11,266 nt of DNA, taken from Nitrososphaerota archaeon (lineage in GTDB: Archaea > Thermoproteota > Nitrososphaeria > Nitrososphaerales > UBA57). The notes under the pieces are model-generated. The model was not told the DNA's origin, made no database searches, and saw only the letters and a list, made by a program, of their open reading frames with translations. The DNA is taken from NCBI GenBank assembly GCA_013378385.1, contig JACAFS010000033.1, forward strand, positions 1 to 11,266, read 5' to 3'. Positions 1 to 6,941 of this stretch are shown in pieces. Position 1 is the first letter of the stretch, and each line of letters opens with the position of its first letter. The translations under genes and the position numbers were made by a program.

Positions 1-410
1 AAGTATCCTAAGCCATGGGTACTGTGAATATCAACAGTCAATAATGAATTCACGCCGATTGATCGAAATAGTCTAGATACAACGGCAAGGCTGGCAACCT
101 CCCCACGTTGAAATTCTAAATCTTGACGTGCATAGGCAAGGTATGGAACACAAGCATAAACTTTTGAACCCATCTGGCTCAATTTGTAGGCAGTGAGTAG
201 AAACTGCATAAAATGATGGTCTACTAAGGGGTATAGAGATTGTACAAGAATTATATTTTTATTTTGAACTTCATTATGTATACGAACTTTATGTTCGCCG
301 TCTGGAAATGATTTATTCTCAACTTCAAATAATTCAACTCCAAGTGAGTCAGAAATAGAAGTAGAGAGTTCGATAGATGATGGTCCGGACATAACAATCC
401 ATTCAGACAA
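1..410 (-). CDS. prs: Ribose-phosphate pyrophosphokinase (PRPP synthetase), N-terminal part. The C-terminus runs off the left edge of the window.
   Basis: The ORF is absent from the track because it is truncated by the window edge. Hand translation of the minus strand from ATG 392 gives MSGPSSIELSTSISDSLGVELFEVENKSFPDGEHKVRIHNEVQNKNIILVQSLYPLVDHHFMQFLLTAYKLSQMGSKVYACVPYLAYARQDLEFQRGEVASLAVVSRLFRSIGVNSLLTVDIHSTHGLGY... The FPDGE and PYLAYARQD motifs are typical of Prs. The start is ambiguous between ATG 392, TTG 410 and GTG 419. TTG 410 restores a 'WIVMSG' first strand like the 'MIVVSG' of archaeal Prs as I recall it. Confidence 0.85.
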   Translation of the reverse strand, partial: MSEWIVMSGPSSIELSTSISDSLGVELFEVENKSFPDGEHKVRIHNEVQNKNIILVQSLYPLVDHHFMQFLLTAYKLSQMGSKVYACVPYLAYARQDLEFQRGEVASLAVVSRLFRSIGVNSLLTVDIHSTHGLGY

Positions 411-471
411 TATAATCACAATTGACTGAGAGAGTATTGTTAATAATATTACCTTATGTAAAATAAATGAA

Positions 472-502
472 GAATCAATCGAATATAAAATTCGATTGAT
501 TC
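472..502 (-). terminator. Perfect 13-bp stem / 5-nt loop hairpin followed by a T-rich tract. Candidate amt transcript 3'-end or terminator element.
   Basis: The left arm gaatcaatcgaat (472-484) and the right arm attcgattgattc (490-502) are exact reverse complements, with loop ataaa between them. The hairpin begins 9 nt past the amt stop codon (512-514). In the amt direction it is followed by ttcatttattttaca, an oligo-T stretch of the kind used in archaeal termination. Confidence 0.45.
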
Positions 503-511
503 AAGTTATGA

Positions 512-1699
512 TTAGTTGTATGCTTCTTCAGCATGAACAGAAATATCCATTCCAGCTTCTTCGTCTTTGGCATCTACACGTAAACCAATGGTATTATCGA
601 GAGCTTTCAATATTACGAAAGTTACGATTCCAGCATAGGCAATAGATGCAACAACTGCAATAATCTGAGTTGTTAGTACTGAGATATCACCGCCGCTAAA
701 GATTCCGTCAACGCCAACGCCATAAGCAGCCGAGGCAAACAAACCTGTTGCTAATGCGCCCCAGACACCGCCCATTCCATGGACAGCCCATACGTCTAGA
801 GAATCATCCCATCCACGTTTATTTTTGAACTGAATTGCAAACCACGAGACAAGTCCAACTCCAGCACCAATAAGAATTGCAGCTACAGGGCCAACAAATC
901 CTGATGCAGGTGTAATAGCAACCAGTCCAGCTACGGCTCCTGTTGCAGTCATTATTGCACTTGGTTTTCCTGTTGCACGCATGCTTAGGAACATCATCAT
1001 AAGTGCTCCTGCGGCAGCAGAAGTATTAGTTACAAGAAATGCATTTACAGCAATACCGTCTGCTGCAAGTGAACTTCCTGCATTAAAACCAAACCATCCG
1101 AACCAAAGTAAACCAGTTCCTAGTAAGACATATGGAATATTATGTGGTTTGAAATTGTCAAGTTTTCCACTACGTTTTCCTACTACAATAGCAGCTACCA
1201 GTGCAGAGAAACCTGAAGATATGTGAACTACAGTTCCACCAGCAAAGTCAAGTGCTCCCATTTCAAATAGCCATCCTCCTGATGCCCATACCCAATGAGC
1301 AATTGGCGAATACACAAGTGTAGACCATAAAGCCACAAATACAATCAATGAGGTAAATTTGAATCGATCTGCAACTGCACCAACAATAAGTGCAGGTGTA
1401 ATGATGGCAAACATCATTTGGAACATTGCAAAGCTTTGTGCTTCAGCTCCATTAATTCCTGCCAATCCGAGATGATCAAGGCCTCCTACAAAACCGCCGA
1501 TCGAAGGACCGAACGCTAATGTATATCCCCAGAGAACCCAGGTAATACTAACAAGTCCCATAATCATGAAACATTGCATCATTAAATTTAGAACGTTTTT
1601 TGCTCTTACCAAACCGCCATAAAAAAAAGCAAGTCCAGGTGTCATAAGCAATACTAATGCCGAGGCCGTTAATAGCCAGGCAATACTTCCAGCATCCAT
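512..1699 (-). CDS. amt: Ammonium transporter, Amt/MEP/Rh family (395 aa)
   Basis: The full-length ORF has about 11 hydrophobic segments and the family motifs LMTPGLAFFYGGLVRAKN, ALDFAGGTVVHISSGFSAL and DVWAVHGMGGVWGAL, including the twin conserved His. It starts at ATG and stops at TAA. Confidence 0.95.
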   Translation of the reverse strand: MDAGSIAWLLTASALVLLMTPGLAFFYGGLVRAKNVLNLMMQCFMIMGLVSITWVLWGYTLAFGPSIGGFVGGLDHLGLAGINGAEAQSFAMFQMMFAIITPALIVGAVADRFKFTSLIVFVALWSTLVYSPIAHWVWASGGWLFEMGALDFAGGTVVHISSGFSALVAAIVVGKRSGKLDNFKPHNIPYVLLGTGLLWFGWFGFNAGSSLAADGIAVNAFLVTNTSAAAGALMMMFLSMRATGKPSAIMTATGAVAGLVAITPASGFVGPVAAILIGAGVGLVSWFAIQFKNKRGWDDSLDVWAVHGMGGVWGALATGLFASAAYGVGVDGIFSGGDISVLTTQIIAVVASIAYAGIVTFVILKALDNTIGLRVDAKDEEAGMDISVHAEEAYN

Positions 1700-1722
1700 G
1701 AATTATACATATTCAATAATAG

Positions 1723-1730
1723 ATATATTA
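1723..1730 (-). promoter_or_regulatory. Candidate TATA box for amt (TAATATAT on the minus strand)
   Basis: The A/T octamer ends 24 nt upstream of the amt ATG at 1699. That spacing fits an archaeal TATA box at about -26 and a leaderless or near-leaderless mRNA. The surrounding DNA is AT-rich, so specificity is low. Confidence 0.3.
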
Positions 1731-1860
1731 ACCTTACGTTTGTTCAATTATTATTGATTTTACTATACATATAATCAATATTTATATAATAAACTAGTAC
1801 TTTGTGAAATCATACATAATAACATAAATAGTGAAATTATGTATGATCGACTTGAACAGT

Positions 1861-1870
1861 TTTATATATA
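1861..1870 (+). promoter_or_regulatory. Candidate TATA box (TTTATATATA) for the zinc-ribbon gene
   Basis: The box is centred about 25 nt upstream of ATG 1891, which implies a leaderless transcript. This argues against the track's GTG 1831 start, because the box would then lie inside the CDS. Confidence 0.4.
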
Positions 1871-1890
1871 AGGACAAAGCGAATTTATTA

Positions 1891-2106
1891 ATGTCTACAA
1901 CGAAATGTCCCGAATGTGATAGAGATATGAATTTTGATTATTCGACAAGAAAAATGGCATGTAAAAGTTGTGGGTTATTTTTAAGTAGAGATGAATTAGT
2001 AAATCTCAGAGACAAGATAAGAGACAAACGATATGACGATGATGACAATTCACAAAGAGGAAATGATTATCTTCAATGGTGGCTGTCCGATAAGAAAAAG
2101 AAATAG
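1891..2106 (+). CDS. Small C4 zinc-ribbon protein (71 aa) with a charged C-terminal tail. Function unknown.
   Basis: The sequence MSTTKCPECDRDMNFDYSTRKMACKSCGLF... contains CPxC-(16)-CxxC, a zinc-ribbon signature. The tail carries DDDDN and ends in KKKK. The track ORF starts at GTG 1831, but I prefer ATG 1891 because of the TATA box at 1861-1870. Confidence 0.65.
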   Translation: MSTTKCPECDRDMNFDYSTRKMACKSCGLFLSRDELVNLRDKIRDKRYDDDDNSQRGNDYLQWWLSDKKKK

Positions 2107-2108
2107 TA

Positions 2109-2909
2109 CTATTCGTCTACAGTAATATTTGTTTTTATTTTTATAGAAGTAATCAAGTCTTTAATGGTTGAATTAATCAAAGAGTCAGAGAAATCATTTG
2201 ATTGGAATGATATAACAAGTTCAATGTGATAAACGCCATTAGAAATTCCTTTCGGATGAGATTTTATATACAAATTATTTCGATTTGATATAAAATCATT
2301 AATAATCGGAGCAAGTTCTGATTCAGTGATTCCAGCAACATACAGTACTTTTGATTTTATTTTATTGATTTTACTAGTATCGATAGTTGGCAATACCTCG
2401 TTAATCAGAATACTTTCCATTTCTTTAGGAACGCCAGGGAGGCAAATAATATTTTTATTTTCATATTTAATCAATACACCAGGAGCCGTACCAACGTTAT
2501 TCTTCAAGGGAATTGAATTTTTTGGTAGCATAGACATTTTTTTCCTGCTGTCAGTAAGAGAGAAAGATTCAATTATATTCTTTTTGACCAAATCAGTATA
2601 TCTTGCGATTATCATTTCCAGTGCAATATCGTTGATTTCTAGGGGTAAATTGAGGGCAGAAGAGATGCATGATAAAGTCATATCATCGAAAGTTGGTCCA
2701 AGACCACCAGAAATAATAATCCAGTCAGAATCACTGGAAATACATAAATTCAAAGTATGAGAAATTTCAGCAGGGTCGTCTCGAATAACATAAGAACGTG
2801 AAACATTACAACCAATATCTGTAAGTTTCTGACAAATGGTTTGTAAATTGGAATTTAATGTTCTGCCAGAAAGAAGTTCATTGCCTATTGAGATAATTTC
2901 AAACTTCAT
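2109..2909 (-). CDS. CinA-like / MoCF-biosynthesis (MoaB-Mog fold) domain protein, COG1058-type (266 aa)
   Basis: From ATG 2909 the sequence reads MKFEIISIGNELLSGRTLNSNLQ...WIIISGGLGPTFDDMT...CLPGVPKEM, which matches the CinA N-terminal molybdopterin-binding-like domain. The track's 19-aa extension begins at TTG 2966 and looks non-native, so I reject it. Confidence 0.8.
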   Translation of the reverse strand: MKFEIISIGNELLSGRTLNSNLQTICQKLTDIGCNVSRSYVIRDDPAEISHTLNLCISSDSDWIIISGGLGPTFDDMTLSCISSALNLPLEINDIALEMIIARYTDLVKKNIIESFSLTDSRKKMSMLPKNSIPLKNNVGTAPGVLIKYENKNIICLPGVPKEMESILINEVLPTIDTSKINKIKSKVLYVAGITESELAPIINDFISNRNNLYIKSHPKGISNGVYHIELVISFQSNDFSDSLINSTIKDLITSIKIKTNITVDE

Positions 2910-2942
2910 AAATATGAAAATATGTATTATTACGCTTAACTC

Positions 2943-2952
2943 TTTATAAAAA
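2943..2952. promoter_or_regulatory. Shared A/T element (TTTATAAAAA), a candidate bidirectional TATA box for the divergent CinA-like and GPN GTPase genes
   Basis: It is the only strong TATA-like element in the 72-nt divergent intergenic region. It lies about 32 nt upstream of ATG 2982 (+) and about 35 nt upstream of ATG 2909 (-). Confidence 0.3.
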
Positions 2953-2981
2953 ACTAAATAGCACAAAAATAATTGTTACAG

Positions 2982-3725
2982 ATGAGCAAGAATATATTTT
3001 TAACAGGGACCGCAGGTTCAGGAAAAAGTAACTTAACTGGAATTTTATCTAACTGGTATCAGCAAGAAGGTAAAGATGTAATTACTGTTAATCTTGATCC
3101 AGGAGTAAGCAACGTACCATATGGAATTGATGTAGATATTAGAAATTATATAAATTTGCAAGAGATCATGGACAAATATAATTTAGGGCCAAATGGATCT
3201 TTGATTTTAGCTTCTGATTTAATTGCAACGAAATTAGAACAAATCGAAGAAGAGATAGATGAATATAATCCAGATTATGTATTTATAGATACTCCGGGGC
3301 AAATTGAGTTATTTGCATATAGAAATAGTGGGCCATATTTTATTAAGAATATAAGAAATGAGGCAAATGTGAATTTATTTTTATTTGATTCTACATTAGT
3401 CTCTGATCCATCAAATTTTCTATCAATTGCTCTTTTAGCAAGTTCAATAAAGTTGAGGCTAGGAATACCACAGGTATCATTATTAACAAAAAAGGATTTA
3501 ATAAAAGACGATCAAGCCAGAATATTGAAATGGGCGGATGATTTTTCAGAATTATTAGATGACCTCAATGAAGGGGGAGAAATATATGATCTGACGAGTA
3601 GAATGGCAGAGGGTGTTGTAGAATCCAATATCATAGATGAGTTAATACCGACATCGACCATAGATAATGAAGGAATAGTAGAAGTTATTGCTTCTATTTC
3701 AAGAATAATTGATAGAGGAGAATAG
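2982..3725 (+). CDS. GPN-loop GTPase (archaeal/eukaryotic Npa3/XAB1-type, ATP_bind_1 family)
   Basis: The ORF has the P-loop LTGTAGSGKS, the eponymous GPNG motif (YNLGPNGSL), DTPGQIELF (G3) and LTKKDL (G4). I prefer the ATG at 2982 over the track's TTG at 2973. Confidence 0.9.
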   Translation: MSKNIFLTGTAGSGKSNLTGILSNWYQQEGKDVITVNLDPGVSNVPYGIDVDIRNYINLQEIMDKYNLGPNGSLILASDLIATKLEQIEEEIDEYNPDYVFIDTPGQIELFAYRNSGPYFIKNIRNEANVNLFLFDSTLVSDPSNFLSIALLASSIKLRLGIPQVSLLTKKDLIKDDQARILKWADDFSELLDDLNEGGEIYDLTSRMAEGVVESNIIDELIPTSTIDNEGIVEVIASISRIIDRGE

Positions 3726-3730
3726 AAAAA

Positions 3731-4672
3731 TTAGTCGTAATTAAGTCGTTTTTTCAGTATCATCGCAGCCTGTTCAGGATCCATTTTTTTCACTAATACT
3801 TGATCTACAATATTCTGAAAATCAGGGTGATTTAGTATTTTCTTACTAAATGATTTAGAAAAATCATCCAACATAACATCAAGAATTTCATTTTTTATTC
3901 TATGTTCATGAATTAAGGATTGTTCAGATAATTCTGTAAGAAATTTCTCCCTTTCAGATAATGAAGTAATAAGACGATCAATGCCAGAACCTGTTATAGA
4001 ATTAGTTTTAACCACTTGTGGCATCCATTTGTCATTTTTTATTTTTGATGCATTAAGTAATTTTGTATACATTTGGTCGGAACTGTCAAGATCGGATTTA
4101 TTTACTACAAATATATCTCCGACTTCCATAAGGCCTGCTTTGTAAATTTGAATATCATCCCCTAATTCGGGCATCAATACAATTACTACGGCATCCGTAA
4201 TTTTTAATATATCAACTTCAGATTGTCCAGAGCCTACACTTTCTACAATTATTATGTCAAGTCCTGAAGCATCAAGAATAGATAAACTTCGTCTAGTATA
4301 ACGAGATAAACCTCCAGATTTATCTCCAGAAGACATACTTCGAATGTATACATTAGGATCTAGATTATGATTACTCATACGTAATCGATCGCCTAATAAT
4401 GAACCGCCTGTGATAGGACTAGAAGGATCTATTGCAATAACCCCAATTTTTTTATCAAGTTTACGGTAATGTTCAATTAATCGATTAATCAATGTGCTTT
4501 TTCCAGTACCTGGCGGTCCAGTAATACCTATAACAAAGGCATTTCCAGTTTTTGGATAGATTTCAGAGATTATATTGCTAATTTTTGAATCTTCATTTTC
4601 AATCATAGATATTGCTTTTGCAATAGCTCGCCTGTCGCCCGACAATATAGAACTAATAAAATCATCATCCAT
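3731..4672 (-). CDS. meaB: Methylmalonyl-CoA mutase accessory GTPase (MeaB/ArgK, G3E family)
   Basis: The ORF carries GITGPPGTGKSTLI (P-loop), LLGDRLRM, IIVESVGSGQSEVD and VVNKSDL. It lies divergently adjacent to the MCM genes. Confidence 0.92.
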   Translation of the reverse strand: MDDDFISSILSGDRRAIAKAISMIENEDSKISNIISEIYPKTGNAFVIGITGPPGTGKSTLINRLIEHYRKLDKKIGVIAIDPSSPITGGSLLGDRLRMSNHNLDPNVYIRSMSSGDKSGGLSRYTRRSLSILDASGLDIIIVESVGSGQSEVDILKITDAVVIVLMPELGDDIQIYKAGLMEVGDIFVVNKSDLDSSDQMYTKLLNASKIKNDKWMPQVVKTNSITGSGIDRLITSLSEREKFLTELSEQSLIHEHRIKNEILDVMLDDFSKSFSKKILNHPDFQNIVDQVLVKKMDPEQAAMILKKRLNYD

Positions 4673-4695
4673 AGGCTAATATTTTGTATTATGGT

Positions 4696-4705
4696 AAATA
4701 TATAA
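4696..4705 (-). promoter_or_regulatory. Candidate TATA box for meaB (TTATATATTT on the minus strand)
   Basis: The downstream edge of the box is about 26 nt from the meaB ATG at 4672, which suggests a leaderless mRNA. Confidence 0.35.
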
Positions 4706-4797
4706 TTTGATAACTTTGCCATTTGACGAATTTTTATTTGATAATACCGAAATGAATTAAAGTAGTATTTTTAGTTTTTACATAGGGATCAATAATA

Positions 4798-6516
4798 TTG
4801 CTTGAGACGGAAAATTACTGGAAGAATAAGATAAATCAATTAACTAAGATTAAAGAGGAAAACAGTAAATCAAATGAAAATATAAAGAGATGGGAAAATG
4901 AGGTTTTAGACCCTTGGAATAAAAAAAATGCAAACAATAACAATGATTTTTCTACTACATCAAAAATTGACGTAAAGACATCATATTCGCCTTCAGATTT
5001 ACAGGGAAATATAGATTATTCGATGCCAGGTGAATTTCCATACACTAGAGGACCATATCCAAATATGTATAGAGGAAAAAAATGGACTATGAGAATGTTT
5101 TCTGGATTTGGAACGCCCGAGGACACAAATAATAGATTGAAGTATTTGATAAAGAATGGACAAACTGGCTTAAGTATTGCATTCGATATGCCGACATTAT
5201 ATGGGTATGATGCAGACAACGATAGATCAAAGGGCGAAGTAGGAAAATGTGGATGTAATATATCTTCTCTTGAAGATATGGAAGTTTTGTTTAAAGAAAT
5301 TCCATTGAATAAAGTAAGTACTTCAATGACAATTAATGCACCTGCGTCTATATTGACTGCAATGTATGCATCTGTAGCATTAAAGAATAATATTTCATTA
5401 AATGAATTACGAGGAACGGTTCAAACAGATATTCTAAAAGAATACATTGCACAAAAAGAATGGGCGTATCCGCCAAAAGATCATATGAGAATAGTTCGTG
5501 ACATGATGGAATATTGTACGAAAGAAATGCCAAAATGGAATTATGTAAGTATTAGTGGATACCACATAAGAGAAGCGGGGTCAAATGCGGCACAAGAATT
5601 GGCTTTTACATTAGCAAACGGATTTACATATTTAGAATTAGGTCAAAAAGCAGGCTTAAAAGTAGAAGAATTTGCTCCCAGATTATCATTCTTTTTCAAT
5701 TGTACGATGAATTTCTTTGAAGAAATAGCAAAATTCAGAGCGGCGAGAAGAATATGGGCAACGGTATTGAAAGAAAAATATGGGGTAAAAAAAGGATCGT
5801 CTTTAGCATTAAGATTTCATACACAAACGTCTGGCGCTTCATTAACTTGGCAACAACCAATGAACAATATTGTTAGAACAGCAATTGAGGCACTTGCAGG
5901 AGTATTAGGGGGCACGCAATCTTTACATACAAATTCATATGATGAGGCATGGGCATTACCAACTGAACAAGCGGTTAAAGTTGCATTAAGAACTCAACAA
6001 ATAATTGCAGAAGAAACAGGGGTAGCGCAATCTGTAGATCCTTTGGGAGGATCGTATTATTTAGAACATCTGACAAACGAATTAGAAGAAAAAGCATATA
6101 GATATTTTGAAAAAATTGACGAGTTAGGAGGAGTAATCAGCGCAATAGAAAAGGGATATCTGCAAAAAGAAATTGCCGAAACAGCTTATCGGAGTCAATT
6201 GGATATAGAAAAAGAGAAAGAAGTAATTGTCGGTGTGAATAAATATGCGGAAATAGAAGAAGACAAGATCGAAATACTAAAAGTAGACGATGAAGCGCAA
6301 AAGATTCAGATAAACCGATTAAAGGTTCTTAAGAGAAATAGAGACAGTAAAAAAGTAAACGATGCATTAGAGAATTTAAGAAAGACGTATGAGAATAATG
6401 ATGAAAATTGTATGTATGATACAATAAAGGCAGTACAAGCGTATGCGACACTGCAAGAAATAGTTGACGTAGGAAGACAGGTCTTTGGAGAATGGAAAGA
6501 GCCACAAATATTTTAG
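4798..6516 (+). CDS. mcmA: Methylmalonyl-CoA mutase, large catalytic (substrate-binding TIM-barrel) subunit
   Basis: The ORF carries PGEFPYTRGPYPNMYRGKKWTMRMFSGFGT, RFHTQTSGASLT and SLHTNSYDEAWALPTE, all typical of MCM/ICM catalytic domains. The only canonical start after the in-frame TAG at 4783-4785 is TTG 4798. It is preceded by GGGATC (4785-4790), which resembles the GUGAUC part of the archaeal Shine-Dalgarno (SD) consensus. Confidence 0.92.
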   Translation: MLETENYWKNKINQLTKIKEENSKSNENIKRWENEVLDPWNKKNANNNNDFSTTSKIDVKTSYSPSDLQGNIDYSMPGEFPYTRGPYPNMYRGKKWTMRMFSGFGTPEDTNNRLKYLIKNGQTGLSIAFDMPTLYGYDADNDRSKGEVGKCGCNISSLEDMEVLFKEIPLNKVSTSMTINAPASILTAMYASVALKNNISLNELRGTVQTDILKEYIAQKEWAYPPKDHMRIVRDMMEYCTKEMPKWNYVSISGYHIREAGSNAAQELAFTLANGFTYLELGQKAGLKVEEFAPRLSFFFNCTMNFFEEIAKFRAARRIWATVLKEKYGVKKGSSLALRFHTQTSGASLTWQQPMNNIVRTAIEALAGVLGGTQSLHTNSYDEAWALPTEQAVKVALRTQQIIAEETGVAQSVDPLGGSYYLEHLTNELEEKAYRYFEKIDELGGVISAIEKGYLQKEIAETAYRSQLDIEKEKEVIVGVNKYAEIEEDKIEILKVDDEAQKIQINRLKVLKRNRDSKKVNDALENLRKTYENNDENCMYDTIKAVQAYATLQEIVDVGRQVFGEWKEPQIF

Positions 6517-6531
6517 AAGGATAGATTATCA

Positions 6532-6930
6532 ATGGCGCAAAAAATCAGAATATTAGTTGCAAAACCTGGGTTGGATGCTCATGACAGAGGAGTGTTAGTA
6601 TTATGCAGGGCATTCAGAGATGCCGGGATGGAAGTTATTTATAGCGGATTACTACCAACGCCCGAACAGGTTGCAAGTATAGCAATTGATGAAGATGTAG
6701 ACGCAATAGCATTAAGTCTGCACAATGGAGCTCATTTAACAGCTTTTCCAGAAGTAAAGAAACATCTCGAGAATAAAGGAGTAAATGATATAGCAATAAT
6801 TGGCGGAGGGATAATACCTGAAGAAGATAAAAAAGAATTAGAGAAAAATGGTATTACAGGTAATTTTGGTCCTGGAACATCAATGGATACTATAATAAAT
6901 CACATAAAGAAAGTTACTAAGAAATTTTAA
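6532..6930 (+). CDS. mcmB: Methylmalonyl-CoA mutase, small cobalamin-binding subunit
   Basis: AKPGLDAHDRG contains the DxHxxG B12 lower-ligand motif. The ORF also has SL...GAH and IIGGGIIP. It starts 15 nt after the large-subunit stop codon. Confidence 0.93.
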   Translation: MAQKIRILVAKPGLDAHDRGVLVLCRAFRDAGMEVIYSGLLPTPEQVASIAIDEDVDAIALSLHNGAHLTAFPEVKKHLENKGVNDIAIIGGGIIPEEDKKELEKNGITGNFGPGTSMDTIINHIKKVTKKF

Positions 6931-6941
6931 TATTTAAGATA

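Noticed and set aside
411-511. I looked for C/D-box sRNA or tRNA-like genes in the intergenic spacers (411-511, 1700-1890, 2910-2981 and 4673-4797).
   Set aside because: I found only degenerate matches to RUGAUGA (for example aaTGAaGA and GTGATtA) with no correctly spaced CUGA D box. No GC-rich cloverleaf stems are present, and the spacers are too AT-rich and short.
981-1226. An 81-aa plus-strand ORF lies inside amt.
   Set aside because: It is an antisense shadow of a strongly supported transporter gene.
1831-1890. The track gives N-terminal extensions starting at GTG 1831 (zinc-ribbon), TTG 2966 (CinA-like) and TTG 2973 (GPN GTPase).
   Set aside because: In each case a downstream ATG (1891, 2909 or 2982) begins exactly at the conserved domain, and the extension overlaps the putative TATA box or promoter.
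2326-2760. A 144-aa plus-strand ORF lies inside the CinA-like gene.
   Set aside because: It is an antisense shadow ORF of a well-supported gene, with low-complexity hydrophobic sequence and no recognisable motifs.
5248-5268. The 'KCGCNISS' segment of the MCM catalytic subunit has Cys-Gly-Cys where I recall 'G(V/A)GVAID(S/T)' in other MCMs.
   Set aside because: The consensus is from memory only. Without an alignment to thaumarchaeal orthologues I cannot tell whether this is lineage-typical, so I do not report it as a finding.
5016-6532. Small minus-strand ORFs (5016..5219, 5348..5533 and 6329..6532) lie inside the MCM large-subunit gene.
   Set aside because: They are antisense shadows, with no motifs, no promoters and no independent support.
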